Below, in pieces: positions 40,588 through 51,918 of a DNA stretch of 64,000 nucleotides. A program made the position numbers and the translations under genes. Below the pieces are notes generated by a model. The model was not told the origin of the DNA and searched no databases. It was given only the letters and a program-made list of their open reading frames with translations. The DNA lies in assembly GCA_051294375.1 (NCBI GenBank), contig CM119266.1:23056350-23120349 (forward strand). The letters are read 5' to 3'. The stretch comes from Paraspadella gotoi. Its lineage: Eukaryota; Animalia; Chaetognatha. The stretch's first letter is position 1. Every line of letters begins with the position of its first letter.

Positions 40588-40633
40588 TTAACGCTGATGA
40601 AGGCTTGTACCTAAGCCGAAACATGTCCGTTAA
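40588..40633 (+). ncRNA. Minimal type-I hammerhead ribozyme in a Penelope-type pseudo-LTR
   Basis: TTAACG-CTGATGA-A-GGCTT(GTACCT)AAGCC-GAAA-CATGTC-CGTTAA: 6-bp helix I, 5-bp helix II, palindromic ACATGT in place of helix III, GUC cleavage triplet. Confidence 0.85.
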
Positions 40634-43553
40634 TAATAAAATTAATCGTTGTTGAAACTAATTTCAAACTCTTCTAATTGTCATTAAACAACAAAACGAG
40701 AGGATTATATCACAATAGAATTAAATAAAAAAAAGGAACATATCTAAATTTATAAAATTTTAAAAGTAAAAAATCCTTTTGATTATTATAAAAAAACCGA
40801 AGTGAACAAAAATCTAAATTAAAAAAATCTTAAAAGTATAAGGATCTCGCCAAGGTATAGTATCAAAGAAAATTAATAAAAAAGTACTATAATCTAATTT
40901 GCATATTGCAGTAAATCTTAATGAAGCAGAAATTCAAACAAAAAATATTTGAATCGATATGAAACCAAAAAAGTGGACACACATTTCAACTTCGTCACTG
41001 CCTCAAAAATGGAACTTGATAACTAGATACATTGTTTGGTAGATTAACCATAAACCGGTAAAATAAAGATAATTTTTTTTTATTTTTGAGAGAAGATTGT
41101 TGACTACTTAAGAGAAGTGGCGAGCGAGAATAGAACAGTGGTTTAACCTAGACTATAATGCGATGATAATTATTCATTGATATGAAGATAAGCATTAATT
41201 AATGTGATAATAATCATTTATTGATGCAGTTATAATCTTAATAATTGATTGATTGATTGGTGTAATAGTAATTGATTGATTGATGTAATAATAATTGATT
41301 GATTAATGTAATAATAATTGATTGATTATATAATAGTAATTGATTGATGCAGTGATAACCAAATATTGATGCAATGATAACCAAATATTGATGCGATAAT
41401 AACCAAATATTGACGTGATGATAACCAATAATTGATGCGATGATAACCAAATATTGATGCAATGATAGTCATTCATTGATGCGATGATAGGTCAGAGAAG
41501 AGAAGAGGACACAGATGTAGAGAAACAGAGAGAAAAACAGAGAGAGCTCGGACAGCACAGCTGGAAGCGCCGCTTTACCAGTCACTGCAGAGCCTGAACT
41601 GCGTTTTTTAAATGGTTCAGAAAAAGCAGCGCCTAACAAAAATTAAAAAATCTTAAAAGCAATAGGGATCGAGCCGCTTTCATGGTCTAACCAAATATGG
41701 ATGCCATAGAATAACCAATATTGCGCGATGATAACCAATAACTTTGATTGCCAGTGCCATACAATATGAGCATGTAATTCATGATTTGCGATGATAGTCA
41801 TTTCTGATAATGAGTAGATTAATCATTCATATAAAGATACGAATGATTAAATACCAATAACATACCCGATGATAGTCAATTCACTGACGCCCGATGAATC
41901 ATTTCATCGTAAAATAAAACAAACAAAGGGCGTGTATGAGTGAAAGAGAGAGAAGAGAGGAGAGAGAGATGCCCTGGACAGTTTTCCGCAAGACGTTAGG
42001 CGTTATTATAATCGATTTTTAGGGAAAAACATCCACGAAAATCTCGGATGTAAATTCTTGGGATTTTGTTATTGAGAAAAAAGCGCGGATAAATTGGCCG
42101 ATAATTCAAAAGTTTAGAAGGAAAAAAAAAAGAGAGAGACTAGGAGGTAGAGACATATGAGGAGAGAGAAGAGAGAGGAAGATGAGGAAAAAAGAAAGCC
42201 AATATTAAGAAATTTTTGTAATGAAAAATTATACCCTATTAACAATATATAAGGAAGAATACTCAGTTACGACTATGATATTTGAATCCCATAATTAATA
42301 ATAATATACGCGTTTATCGCAGGTTATTTAGTCAGTGTCCTCCTTGACATGTTGTACTCGTTTCTCGCAACGGCCACGCAATCCATGTAAAGAGAAAAAA
42401 GGCGCGAGAATACATGGTGATAATAAAAGTTTTTTAGCAAGGAAAAAAAATAGACTCAGAGAGAGACAGAGAGAGAGCAGAATAAAAGAAAAACCGTATT
42501 TCTTTCCCAATTATATCAGCGGTTATCCCGTTGCCTCGCAACCGGCGGCTAGCGTGATCTCGGTCAAGTTGATCCGTATTTTACACGTTAACCGGTCAAG
42601 TTAAGTTGATTCTTCACATGTTTCTGCAAAAATTCACGAAATCTCAGATATAAATTTGGGATTTTGTATTGAAAAAAAAAATAAGCGCGATAAATGGGCG
42701 ATTAATAAAAGTTTTTTAGAAGGAAAAAAATAATCCAGAAATTTTTTCCAAAAAAACGAACGATGCACGCAGAGATTTCGTTAAAAGGAGAAAGAGGACA
42801 GAAAAGAGAGAGAGGAGAGACGGCAGGAACGAGAGATGAGAGGAGAGAAAGAAGCCTGAACAGACGCCTGCATAGCCGGAACTCGCTTTACTCGTCGCAC
42901 AATTAATAAATATAGCTTTACTTATTATTACTAATTTTTGATATTGCATACCCCAGTACTAATAATCTATATTAGATTATTGCATGCGAGTAATTATAAT
43001 GAAGTGGAAATTCTCAAACAAAAATAAAATACTTGAATCGATATGAAACAAGAAAATGACACACATTTCAAATACATCACTGCCTCCACTAATGGAACTT
43101 GATAACTAGATTCATTGTTTAGTAGTTTTAGTTAAACTATAAACCGGCAACAATAGCAGTAAAAAATATGATCCGGCATATAGACCATACAATCCGCATA
43201 TTCAAATTGTGAAAAAAAATTTAAGGTTTTTCGCTCAACAAACATTGGACAGAGTTATGAAAAAGATTCCATCTTGGCAATGTAAATCCTTTTATTAAAA
43301 TGCTATTTGCTTATCTATATTCATTTTTTTTCTTTAATACAACATCATGTTAGGAGACGGAGAGAAAATGGATGAGAGAAGCGTAAAATATTCTGACGTC
43401 ACTGAATATTATCTTCACTTTTTTCTAAAATAAAATCCACGAAAAATCTCGGATGTAAATTTTGGGATAATGGTGATATATAAAAGTTTTTTAGAAGGAA
43501 AAAAATAATCAGAATTTTTCAAAAACGAACGATCACGCAAAAAAATCGTACAC

Positions 43554-43584
<31 letters not shown>

Positions 43585-44775
43585 GTTCACAGAGAGGGAC
43601 ACAGAGAGAGGACAGACAGAGAGAAACAAGGTGACAGCTGCTGGAAGGCCCGCTGTACAGTCATTGCAGAGACTGAACTCGTTTTCTCTAAAAAAATTTT
43701 TTTTTTTTTTTTTTTTTATTAATACCAAAAAGACAGGTATTTTGACAAACATCAAAAACAGTATCAGTTGTAAAAAACTAAAAGCAGTAAACAAGTAAAC
43801 AACTATTAAAATTCACAGAAAAAAAGACACTAACGTTAATGACTCATAATAAAATGTTATGAACTAATTCATAAGAAACTATAATATACACGTTCAAGAA
43901 CTTCAAATTAAATTTTAAAATCAAAAAGAAAAAAAAAAAAAAAGAAAAATATATACTATGTAATTTAAGAAATAAAGAAAGGCAAATATGTTACAATTGT
44001 TTACATTGAATTTTTCCAATTTTTTCCAATCGTCAGCTTGTAAAAGATTTTATTTTATTTGTATTAATTAAAATAGTTCTCATTAAAGATAATTGAGTTC
44101 CATTTTTATTATATTTTTAAAAAAAATTTTTGAATTTCATCTTCAATATTATATACTGCAATATGTAAATTAGATTAAAGCATTTCTATATACTAATTGG
44201 ATGTTATAATGAGTACTTTAATCTCATTTGCATATTGCAGTAAATCATAATGAAGTGGAAATTCAAACAAAAAATACCTTAAATCCACAATGTAATATGA
44301 AAATATCACAGCTATTTCAAGATGAAAAGCCATATCTAAATTTTTAACTTACTATGATCCACACTTTTGTAAAAACTTTATCATAATTCATAATAATTTT
44401 ATTTTAAAAAAAACGGTAAGTTACAGCCAAACCTATAAAAGCTGAGTAGTTTTTATATAAAAACAGCGCTGACGCCGACGACGACGACGACAACTACGTC
44501 ACAAAGAATTTTTTTTTTATTAATACCAAAAACAGTATTGACATAATCATAAACAGTAATAGTGTAAAGACTGGAAAACTAAACTATGTATGAAATTCAA
44601 TAAAAAACAAAGAAAGAAGCAAACCTAAAACATTATAGGACCTGAACCGGCTTCGCCGGTCATGGCTCGATAAAAAATATATATATATAATTTAAAGAAA
44701 TAAAAGAAAGGCAAAAAAATGTCATGAAGAGACCGTAATTATTGTTATGTGTTAGCGACAGAACCGTTCAATATG

Positions 44776-44850
44776 AGCAGTCCCTGAGCTTCGGATCAGG
44801 CTGTAACACCATGTTAAGGCGGGTTAAGCTCCCCGTCCCTCTTAACTGCT
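44776..44850 (-). ncRNA. Type-P5 (circularly permuted) twister ribozyme in the 3' LTR
   Basis: Minus strand AGCAGT-TAA-GAGG-GA-CGG-GGAGCT-TAA-CCC-GC-[P3 TAACA/TGTTA]-CCTGA-T-CCG-AA-GC-TCAGG-G-ACTGCT: P5, P2, P3, P4, T1 (CCG/CGG) and T2 (GC/GC) all form, and the conserved UAA, GA and U-NNN-AA-GC residues are present. Confidence 0.75.
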
Positions 44851-45188
44851 AGGGCGCCACCGGCTAGAACCCCGGACCTTTGGGTTGGGAGGCAAATGAC
44901 TTGCCTCCAGCACCAATGGCCGCTGATGAACGGTTGGTGGATTTTAGTCACCACATACATCCCCCCCTCCTGTAGGGAGAAGTCTGTTGCGTCACTTCAG
45001 TGAATTGTTGTTATGGAAAGTGCGTCACCAAGTTGAGGCATGTCGCCTGATTTATTGTTGGTGGAAAAAGCATCGCCAGGTTAAGGCATGTCGCTGAAAG
45101 TGTTGTTGCTGTGTGTTCGGAAGTCGGGCTCACCAATGAAGAGAAAGTAATTATTGTTATGTGTTAGCCTGACAGAACGTTCAATATG

Positions 45189-45268
45189 AGCAGTCCCTGA
45201 GCTCTCGCGATCAGGCACTGTAACACCATGTTACAGGCGGGCTAAGCGCCCTGTCCCTCTTAACTGCT
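45189..45268 (-). ncRNA. Second twister copy in the 5' LTR (substitutions/indels, possibly sequencing errors)
   Basis: AGCAGT-TAA-GAGG-GA-CAG-GGCGCT-TAG-CCC-GC-CTGTAACA(TGG)TGTTACAG-TG-CCTGA-TCGCGAGAGC-TCAGG-G-ACTGCT; perfect 8-bp P3 but altered T1 and L4. Confidence 0.6.
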
Positions 45269-45859
45269 AGGCAGCCACCGGGCTAGTACCCCGGACCTTT
45301 GGGTTGGGAGGCGAATGACTTGCCTCCAGCACCAATTGCCGATGATGAATGGTTGGTGGATTTTATTCCACCATAGTTACAATTGTTTACAATTGGAAAT
45401 TGTTACAATTTTTTTCAATCATAGCTTGTAAAAGATTTTATTTTTGTTTGTTATAAAATTAAGATATAGCTTCACATTAAAAAGGTCTTTTAATTTCAAA
45501 TGTTTTTTATTGATTCAAAGATTTTTTTATGAATTTTATCTTCAATATATTTTACTGCAATATGTAAATTAGATTAAAGCATTTCTATATACTAATTTGG
45601 ATATTATAAGGAGTACTATAATCTCATTTGCATATTGCAGTAAATTATAATGAACTGAAAATTGAAATAAAAACTATGTGAATCCAAATGTAATATAAAA
45701 ATTTTAAAGCGATTTTAATATGAGAAGCCATATCTAAATTTTTAACTTACTATGATCTTACACTTTTATAAAACTTCATTGTAATTCATAATAATTTTTA
45801 TTTAAAAAAAAATAAGGCCCAGCCAAAACTATAAAAGTGTAGTAGTTTTTATATAAACA

Positions 45860-47103
45860 AATTTGAGCAAACAATGTCGGATCTGCCTATGAAAATTAAT
45901 TAATTAATTAATCGATTAATTAATTAATTGATTAATTAATTTTAATATTTAATAATTAATTATAAATTTATATACAGCTTATCATCATCGATGTCCTTAA
46001 AATAAAGTAAATGTGACTTATATTTTTTCCATTTAAACTCATTTCCACTGGCACAATTCCGTCAAAACTTTATATCTAGCTTCTTCACAAACTTTCCTTC
46101 CCGCTCACAAAATTTCATCTCAATCTATTATGGGTTAAAATAAGTAAATAGAGTCAAGTAAATGTGACTCATATTTTTTTCATTTAAACTCATTTCCACT
46201 CGTACCGAAACTTTATATCAAGCTTCGTCACACATTTTCCTACCCACACACAAAATTTTAACACAATCTATCTATGGTTAAAATAAGTAAAAAGATTTTA
46301 ATAAATGCAACTTATGTTTTTTCCATTTAAACTCATATCCACTCACACGATTCCGTCGAAACTTTATATACAGCTTCATCACACATGTTCCTACCCATAC
46401 ACAAAATTTCGTTTCGAACCAACCAGCCAATCACGAGTTATTGGGGCTTTTTGCTAAGTTGGGACGGATGGACAGATTGATTGACTGATTAATGATTAAT
46501 TAGTGATTAATTAATTGATTAATTAACTGATTAATTATTTGCTTTATTTATACATCCTGCATTTACATTTAATATAAAAGGGAAAAAAATCATAATCAAT
46601 TAGTGAAATACATTTTTTGTTTTTTTCCATTTAAACTCATTTCCACTCAAACAATTCCATTAAAACTTGGTTTCCTGTTCAATCACACACTTTCCTACTC
46701 ACATACTAAATTCCAGGTCAATCGCCCCATCCACTCATGAGCAATTGGTGTTCAAATAGTGAATTATATTTTTTTGTTTTTTCTATTTAAACTCATTTCC
46801 ACTCGGACGATTCCATCGAATCTTTATATCCAGCTCAATCACACACTTCCCTACCCACACACAAAATTTCATTCAAATCCATTCAACCAATCACGAGTAA
46901 TTGGTGTTTTTTGCTAAGGTGGGACGGACGGACGGACGGACAGACGGACGAACGGACATCATTTTTTTTGCATAATTTATCATAATTCGATGTTCTGACA
47001 TGATATAAGTTAGTGCCCGACAATATTGAGGGGGCGGACCGACGGACCGACAAAGTGAATTATAGAGTCGGGATCTGCTGATAAGCAGATCCGGCTAAAA
47101 AAA
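45860..47103 (-). mobile_element. Helentron-associated / pearl-like non-autonomous element
   Basis: Subterminal inverted repeat CGGATCTGC/GCAGATCCG, T-rich end, (GTCC)n microsatellite, ~130-150-bp internal core repeats (TTCCATTTAAACTCATTTCCACT...), terminal small hairpin. Confidence 0.75.
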
Positions 47104-47774
47104 GCGTGACGCCGACGACAACGATGACGACGACGACTACGTCACAAAGAAGCGTCGCCTTCGCATTATTTTTGATTTCTAAGATGTTATTTATTATTTT
47201 TTTTTTCTTATGAACAAATTGAACCTATTAAAATCTCGGATATAATAAATTATATTATAATATATTATAGTGCCTAATAATGAATATTTTTTTAAAAAAT
47301 GCTCTATCGACGAAAAGCGAAGAGCGTATGAAATTAAATTATTAATTTACATTAACAATTTCAAAGAAATGATTTTTTTAAAAATTTTAACCGAATGTGA
47401 GGTCCTTCCACTTTATGTAGTGCGTGTTAGCTCAAACGTGTTACCACTTACCAGAATAATAATAAAAACCTTTACAATTTCTTAAAACAAATTTAAGGAC
47501 ACGGCCAGAAGGAATACCTTTCTTCAATATTTTTACACAAGTTTCATTCAGCTACGAAAAAAATAATTACAACGTCCAAAAATTACGGCAAAACAACGTC
47601 ACGGATTGGACGGAAAATCAATTGATGGTATTCGCTAATCTTTGTATGATTTGAAATTTAGAATAAGCTATGTTCATTTATTTTTCGAAGTCAATACATA
47701 TACAATAATTCTTACTTTTAGTAGAAGTCAAAATTAGTTTTAAACAAATAAAAAAAAGCAAACTCATTTCTCTT

Positions 47775-48555
47775 TTTTTTTAGCCGGATCTGCTCACAGC
47801 AGATTCCAGCTCTATAATTCACTTTGTCGGTCCGTCGGTCCACCCCCCCAATCTTGTCGGGCATTCACTTATATCATGTTAGAACATAGAATTATGATAA
47901 ATTATGCAAAAAAAATGTATGTTTGTCTGTCTTTCCGTCTGTCTTTTCGTCTGTCTGTCTGTCCATCCATCCCACCTTAGCAAAAAACACCAATTACTCG
48001 TGATTTGATGGATGGATTGGAATGAAATTTTATGTATGGGTAGGAAAGTGTGTGATTGAGCTGGAAATCAAGTTTTGATGGAATCGTCCGAGTGGAAATG
48101 AGTTAAAATGGAAAAAAAAATATTTCACTATTTGAATTCCAATTACTCATGAGTGAATGGGGCGATTGACTTCAAATTTTGTATGTGGGTAGGAAAGTGT
48201 GTGATTGAGCAGGAATTAAAGTTTCAATGGAATCGTCCAAGTGGAAATGAGTTAAAATGGAAAAAACAAACAATCTATTTTACTATTTGATTATGCTTTT
48301 TTTAATTTTTATATTAAATGTAAATTCAAGCTGCAATAATTAATTATTAATAAATAAGTAATTAATTACTTATTATTTGTAATTAATTAATTTTGTGGTC
48401 GAGATTGTTGTTTTGTGATTGAGAGTCGAGACAAAGTGGAAAACGATTTTGACATGAATAAAAAAAATTAATATTAATTAATTAATTAATTAATTATCTG
48501 ATCAGCTGCTTACCGCTAATGATCGTAGGCAGACCCGGCATTGTTTGCTCAAACT
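47775..48555 (+). mobile_element. Helentron-associated / pearl-like element, second copy (fewer core repeats)
   Basis: TTTTTAGCCGGATCTGCT...GTAGGCAGACCCGGCATTGTTTGCTCAAA; same modules as 45860-47103. Confidence 0.75.
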
Positions 48556-49129
48556 TTTTCAAAAACAGATTGAATTTCCCTATCATTTTCCATCCGTGAT
48601 TCCTTACGGAGTTTATTTTCAATGCTGCGGAATGCTCCGATTACTCATCAGCTGCTTCGTCGGTAAGAGCAGAAACAAATCTTGAAATTACCCTACCATT
48701 TAGTACTATTAGTATGCCTTTCACAAACCCCTTCTAGCAGTTATGATTTATCATATGTCTGGGCATTTAAATTTGAACTTGTATTGAGACTGAGTAGTGA
48801 CAATCAGTTTGTGTTTCCTATCCTGTTTCAAACACTTGCGCACTTCTTGTGTTATCCGCCATGCAATATCCCATATCCAAAATAGCCTATTCGATGCTTA
48901 AGGGCTTTTAAGTCAGATTTATATCTTATTTAAGTAAGTTTTATGAGAAATTTGAATCTGCTGTCAGAATTTTTTCAATATACTAGTAGTACTACATATA
49001 GTAGTTTATACGTTAAGGCAGAAGAAGGTAAAAACTAAGAGTTCTGTAATGTAAATAACGTTAGAGATTCCCTGTAGGATAACGAAATTTTTACCAAATT
49101 TAAGATTTTAAGTTTAGAGCAGAAAAATT

Positions 49130-49320
49130 TGATTTTTACAACGAATTGCATTTATTAAAGATGCAGACATGTTTGGAACACTTGTTTTGTTCATCATCAG
49201 TAAATTTTCACATTTTGGAATACAAAATTTTGGCAAGTCAAAAATTGAGAGAGAGAGAAAGAGAGAGTGAATCAGTGAGATAAAGCTTCCAACAAAGGAT
49301 CGAGAGAAAGTGAACAGTCT
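49130..49320 (-). mobile_element. Penelope-type pseudo-LTR with degenerate hammerhead
   Basis: Minus strand CTGATGA-T-GAAC...GTTC-CAAA-CATGTC (49200-49166) preceded by the (CT)n / TTGTTGGAA context seen in the other copies. Confidence 0.5.
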
Positions 49321-49703
49321 GTCTCTAAGTCATTCACCATCGAAAAAGAAAGGAAAACTAACAAGATTTTAAGTATAGTTAATAAGGCTGGCCAAAATTG
49401 AACGCTTTTAGTTCTCTCAAAAAAATTCCTTTTTTCCTTCTATTACTAAATCGATTTTCAATGCAACTTTTCGAATTAGTTCATTGGGTTGTTGCACTGA
49501 AGCTTTTAAATATTTATTAATATATAACAAATAAATTTTTTTTTACAAAATTTCTAATTTTTTAATTTTTTATCAGTTAAAATAAGTAAAAACTAAAAAC
49601 AATATGGAATGATGATGATTATAAGAATTTTTAAGGGTTTTCCCTTATTTAACCCACTTTTCATCGAAATATTGAAAAAAGCATTATACTTTATGTAGAC
49701 GAA

Positions 49704-50792
49704 TTTTTAGTCGGATCTGCTTATCAGCAGATCCCGACCTATATACTCACTTTGTCGGTCCGTTCGGTCCGCCCCCTCAATATTGTCGGGCACACACTTA
49801 TATCATGTCAACATCGAATTATGATAAATTATGCAAAAAAATGATGTCCGTCCGTTCCGTCCGTCCGTCCGTCCGTCTCCGTCCGTCCGTCCGTCCGTCC
49901 GTCCGTCCGTCCGTCCGTCCGTCCGTCTCGTCCGTCGTCGTCCGTCCGTCATCCGTCCGTCCACCTTAGCAAAAAACACAATTACTCGTAATTGGATGGA
50001 TGGATTTAAATGAAATTTGTGTGAGGATAGGTAAATGTGTGATTGAGCTGGATATGAAGTTTCGATGGAATCGTCCGAGTGGAAATGAGTTTAAATGGAA
50101 AAAACAAAAAAAAATATATTCACTATTTGAACACCAATGTGCTCATGAGTGGATGGGCTGATTGACCTGGAATTTTGTATGTGGGTAGGAAAGTGTGTGA
50201 TTGAACAGGAAATCAAGTTTCGATGGAATAGTTTGAGTGGAAATGAATTTAAATGGAAAAAAAAACAAAAAACCTGTTTTACTAATTGATTATGCTTATT
50301 TTTCCTTTTATATTAAATGTATATGCAGGATGTATTTAATAAATCAAATAATTAATCAGTTAATTAATCAATTAGTAAATAAATTAATCAATAATTAATT
50401 AATAATTAGTCAATCAATCGTCATCCGTCCCATCTAAGCAAAAAGCTCAAATAACTCGTGATTGGCTGGTGATTGGAATTAAATTTGTGTGTGAGTAGGA
50501 AAGTGTGTGATAAAGCTGGATATAAAGTTTCGATGGAATCGTGTGAGTGGAAATTAGTTTAAATGGAAAAACATAAGTCGAATTTACTAAAATCTTTTAC
50601 TTATTTACCAATAAATATCTAATTAATCATAATTGGATGATAGATTGAGTTGAAATTTGTGTGTGGGTAGGAAAAATGTGTGACAAAGCTTGATATAAAG
50701 TTTCAGTGGAAACGTACCAGTGGAAATGAGTTTATAATGAAAAAAATATAGTCCATTTACTTGAATCTTTTTATTTATTTAACCCATGATAG
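49704..50792 (+). mobile_element. Helentron-associated / pearl-like element, third copy (cut by gap); a 3'-end fragment also at ~56255-56432
   Basis: TTTTTAGTCGGATCTGCTTATCAGCAGATCC, long (GTCC)n, core repeats. Confidence 0.75.
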
Positions 50793-50938
50793 NNNNNNNN
50801 NNNNNNNNNNNNNNNNNCTCTTCCAACAAACTCTTCTGACCTCCATCCAAATCCAAACTCAACTGTTACCACCAACCATCATCCCACTCCCCTCTACCCC
50901 TCCATTTGTCTCCACGAACCCCCTTTGTTCCTTTCCAG

Positions 50939-51918
50939 CACCACAGCCCCGAAATAACTCCCCGCTGCGACGGATTTCGTTACCCTCATTCCGCGCACGA
51001 AGAAAACTTCGCTAAAGACGAATGAGTTCCGATTCGCTTCGTCCCGCGCGTTGGCAGAAGGACGAGAGAGTTCCGAAGAAAACGGGCAGAGGATATTGTT
51101 TCGGGCAGGACGGTCTTGGTCAACCACAATTTGGACCGCGACCACCGCCGCAGCCTGCGCAGTGCGATGTAGTAAGACTAAGAAGGCCAGTGGGGGTTGA
51201 GGAAAGTTCAGCGACTTTGGTTGTTTCAATTTTTTCTTTCAAAATGGACTAAATATGTAAAAGCACTTTTGAAAGTAAAAGGTTAGTGAGTTTCAACTTC
51301 GGAATATTTTTTTAATGATTTTAATGATCTACGATATTGTACGTGCAGTGACGATCTGTTAACGTTACCCTTAACGAGATGTCCAACATTAATTAATTTA
51401 AAAATAACTCCTTCAATCTCCCTTCCCCCTCGTCTCGCTCTCTCCTCTCTCTCCCTCTCATATCCTCTCGTCTCTCTCTCTCCACCCTTCCCACTCTCCC
51501 CTCCTGCCACTCTCCCCCCCAGGCCTACTGGTACGACGGGCGTTCGACCGGCGTCCCTTTTCCTACAACCGGCTCTTCCTTGTACGCGCCCGTTAAACCT
51601 TGGTCTCTCTTCATTCGCCCGGCGCCTCTCTCTCCCCTCTTCACCGAACCCGTCGTCGACTCATCTCATAACGACGTTTTCAAAAATCTCGCGCCGACGA
51701 TCAGGAGGCCGTCGCCGCGCCCGCCGCCGCTCAGCGCGTCTCCGCCGCACGAAAGCCTCAATGGCGGCTACTGCGGCGACGACGCGGATCGAAGCTGCAG
51801 GGACAATGCGGCTGCCGACGCTGCCGGAGAAAAGAGGAAGAGGAGAGCAGATTTTGTGCGACGAACTTGCAACCATGCGTTCACTTGAGATGTTTGCGAG
51901 GAAAGGATGCGGCCTGGG
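50939..51918 (+). other. Possible exons of an unidentified gene
   Basis: Two GC-rich blocks (50939-51171, 51523-51918), each with polypyrimidine+CAG before and GTAAG after; no recognisable domain and no clean frame (next to a gap, so errors are likely). Confidence 0.3.

Larger units (their letters stand above)
44725..45375 (-). mobile_element. Non-autonomous miniature LTR retroelement (TRIM/retrozyme-like) with two ~235-bp LTRs
   Basis: Direct repeats 44725-44959 and 45137-45375 (TG...CA ends; one end degraded). Minus-strand PBS TGGTGAGCCCGAC (45135-45123) and PPT GGAGGGGGGGA (44970-44960). TSD GTCA/GTTA. An empty-site paralogue (...GGCAAATATGTTACAATTGTTTACA) lies at ~43981-44005. Confidence 0.85.
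40850..45860. repeat. Cluster of a composite repeat family (probably Helentron-like) with a 21-bp minisatellite at ~41150-41490; relatives at ~55300-56200 and 61150-61565 (-)
   Basis: Recurrent modules TGCATATTGCAGTAAAT..TAATGAA, ATCCACGAAAAT.TCGGATG, GCTGCAGAGCCGGAACTCG, and short GC hairpins (44645-44660, 56176-56192). Confidence 0.6.

Noticed and set aside
44853-44922. Functional tRNA gene
   Set aside because: D and anticodon arms do not fold canonically and it is embedded in an LTR; treated as tRNA-derived.
44923-44955. CTGATGA on the plus strand of the LTR
   Set aside because: No downstream helix II-GAAA; not conserved in the second LTR (ATGATGA).
46000-46900. Regularly spaced repeats resembling a CRISPR array
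   Set aside because: Eukaryotic DNA; the 'spacers' are homologous to each other, i.e. internal core repeats of a Helentron-type element.
48610-48655. Minus-strand CTGATGA...GAAA
   Set aside because: Helices I and III and the cleavage triplet do not form.
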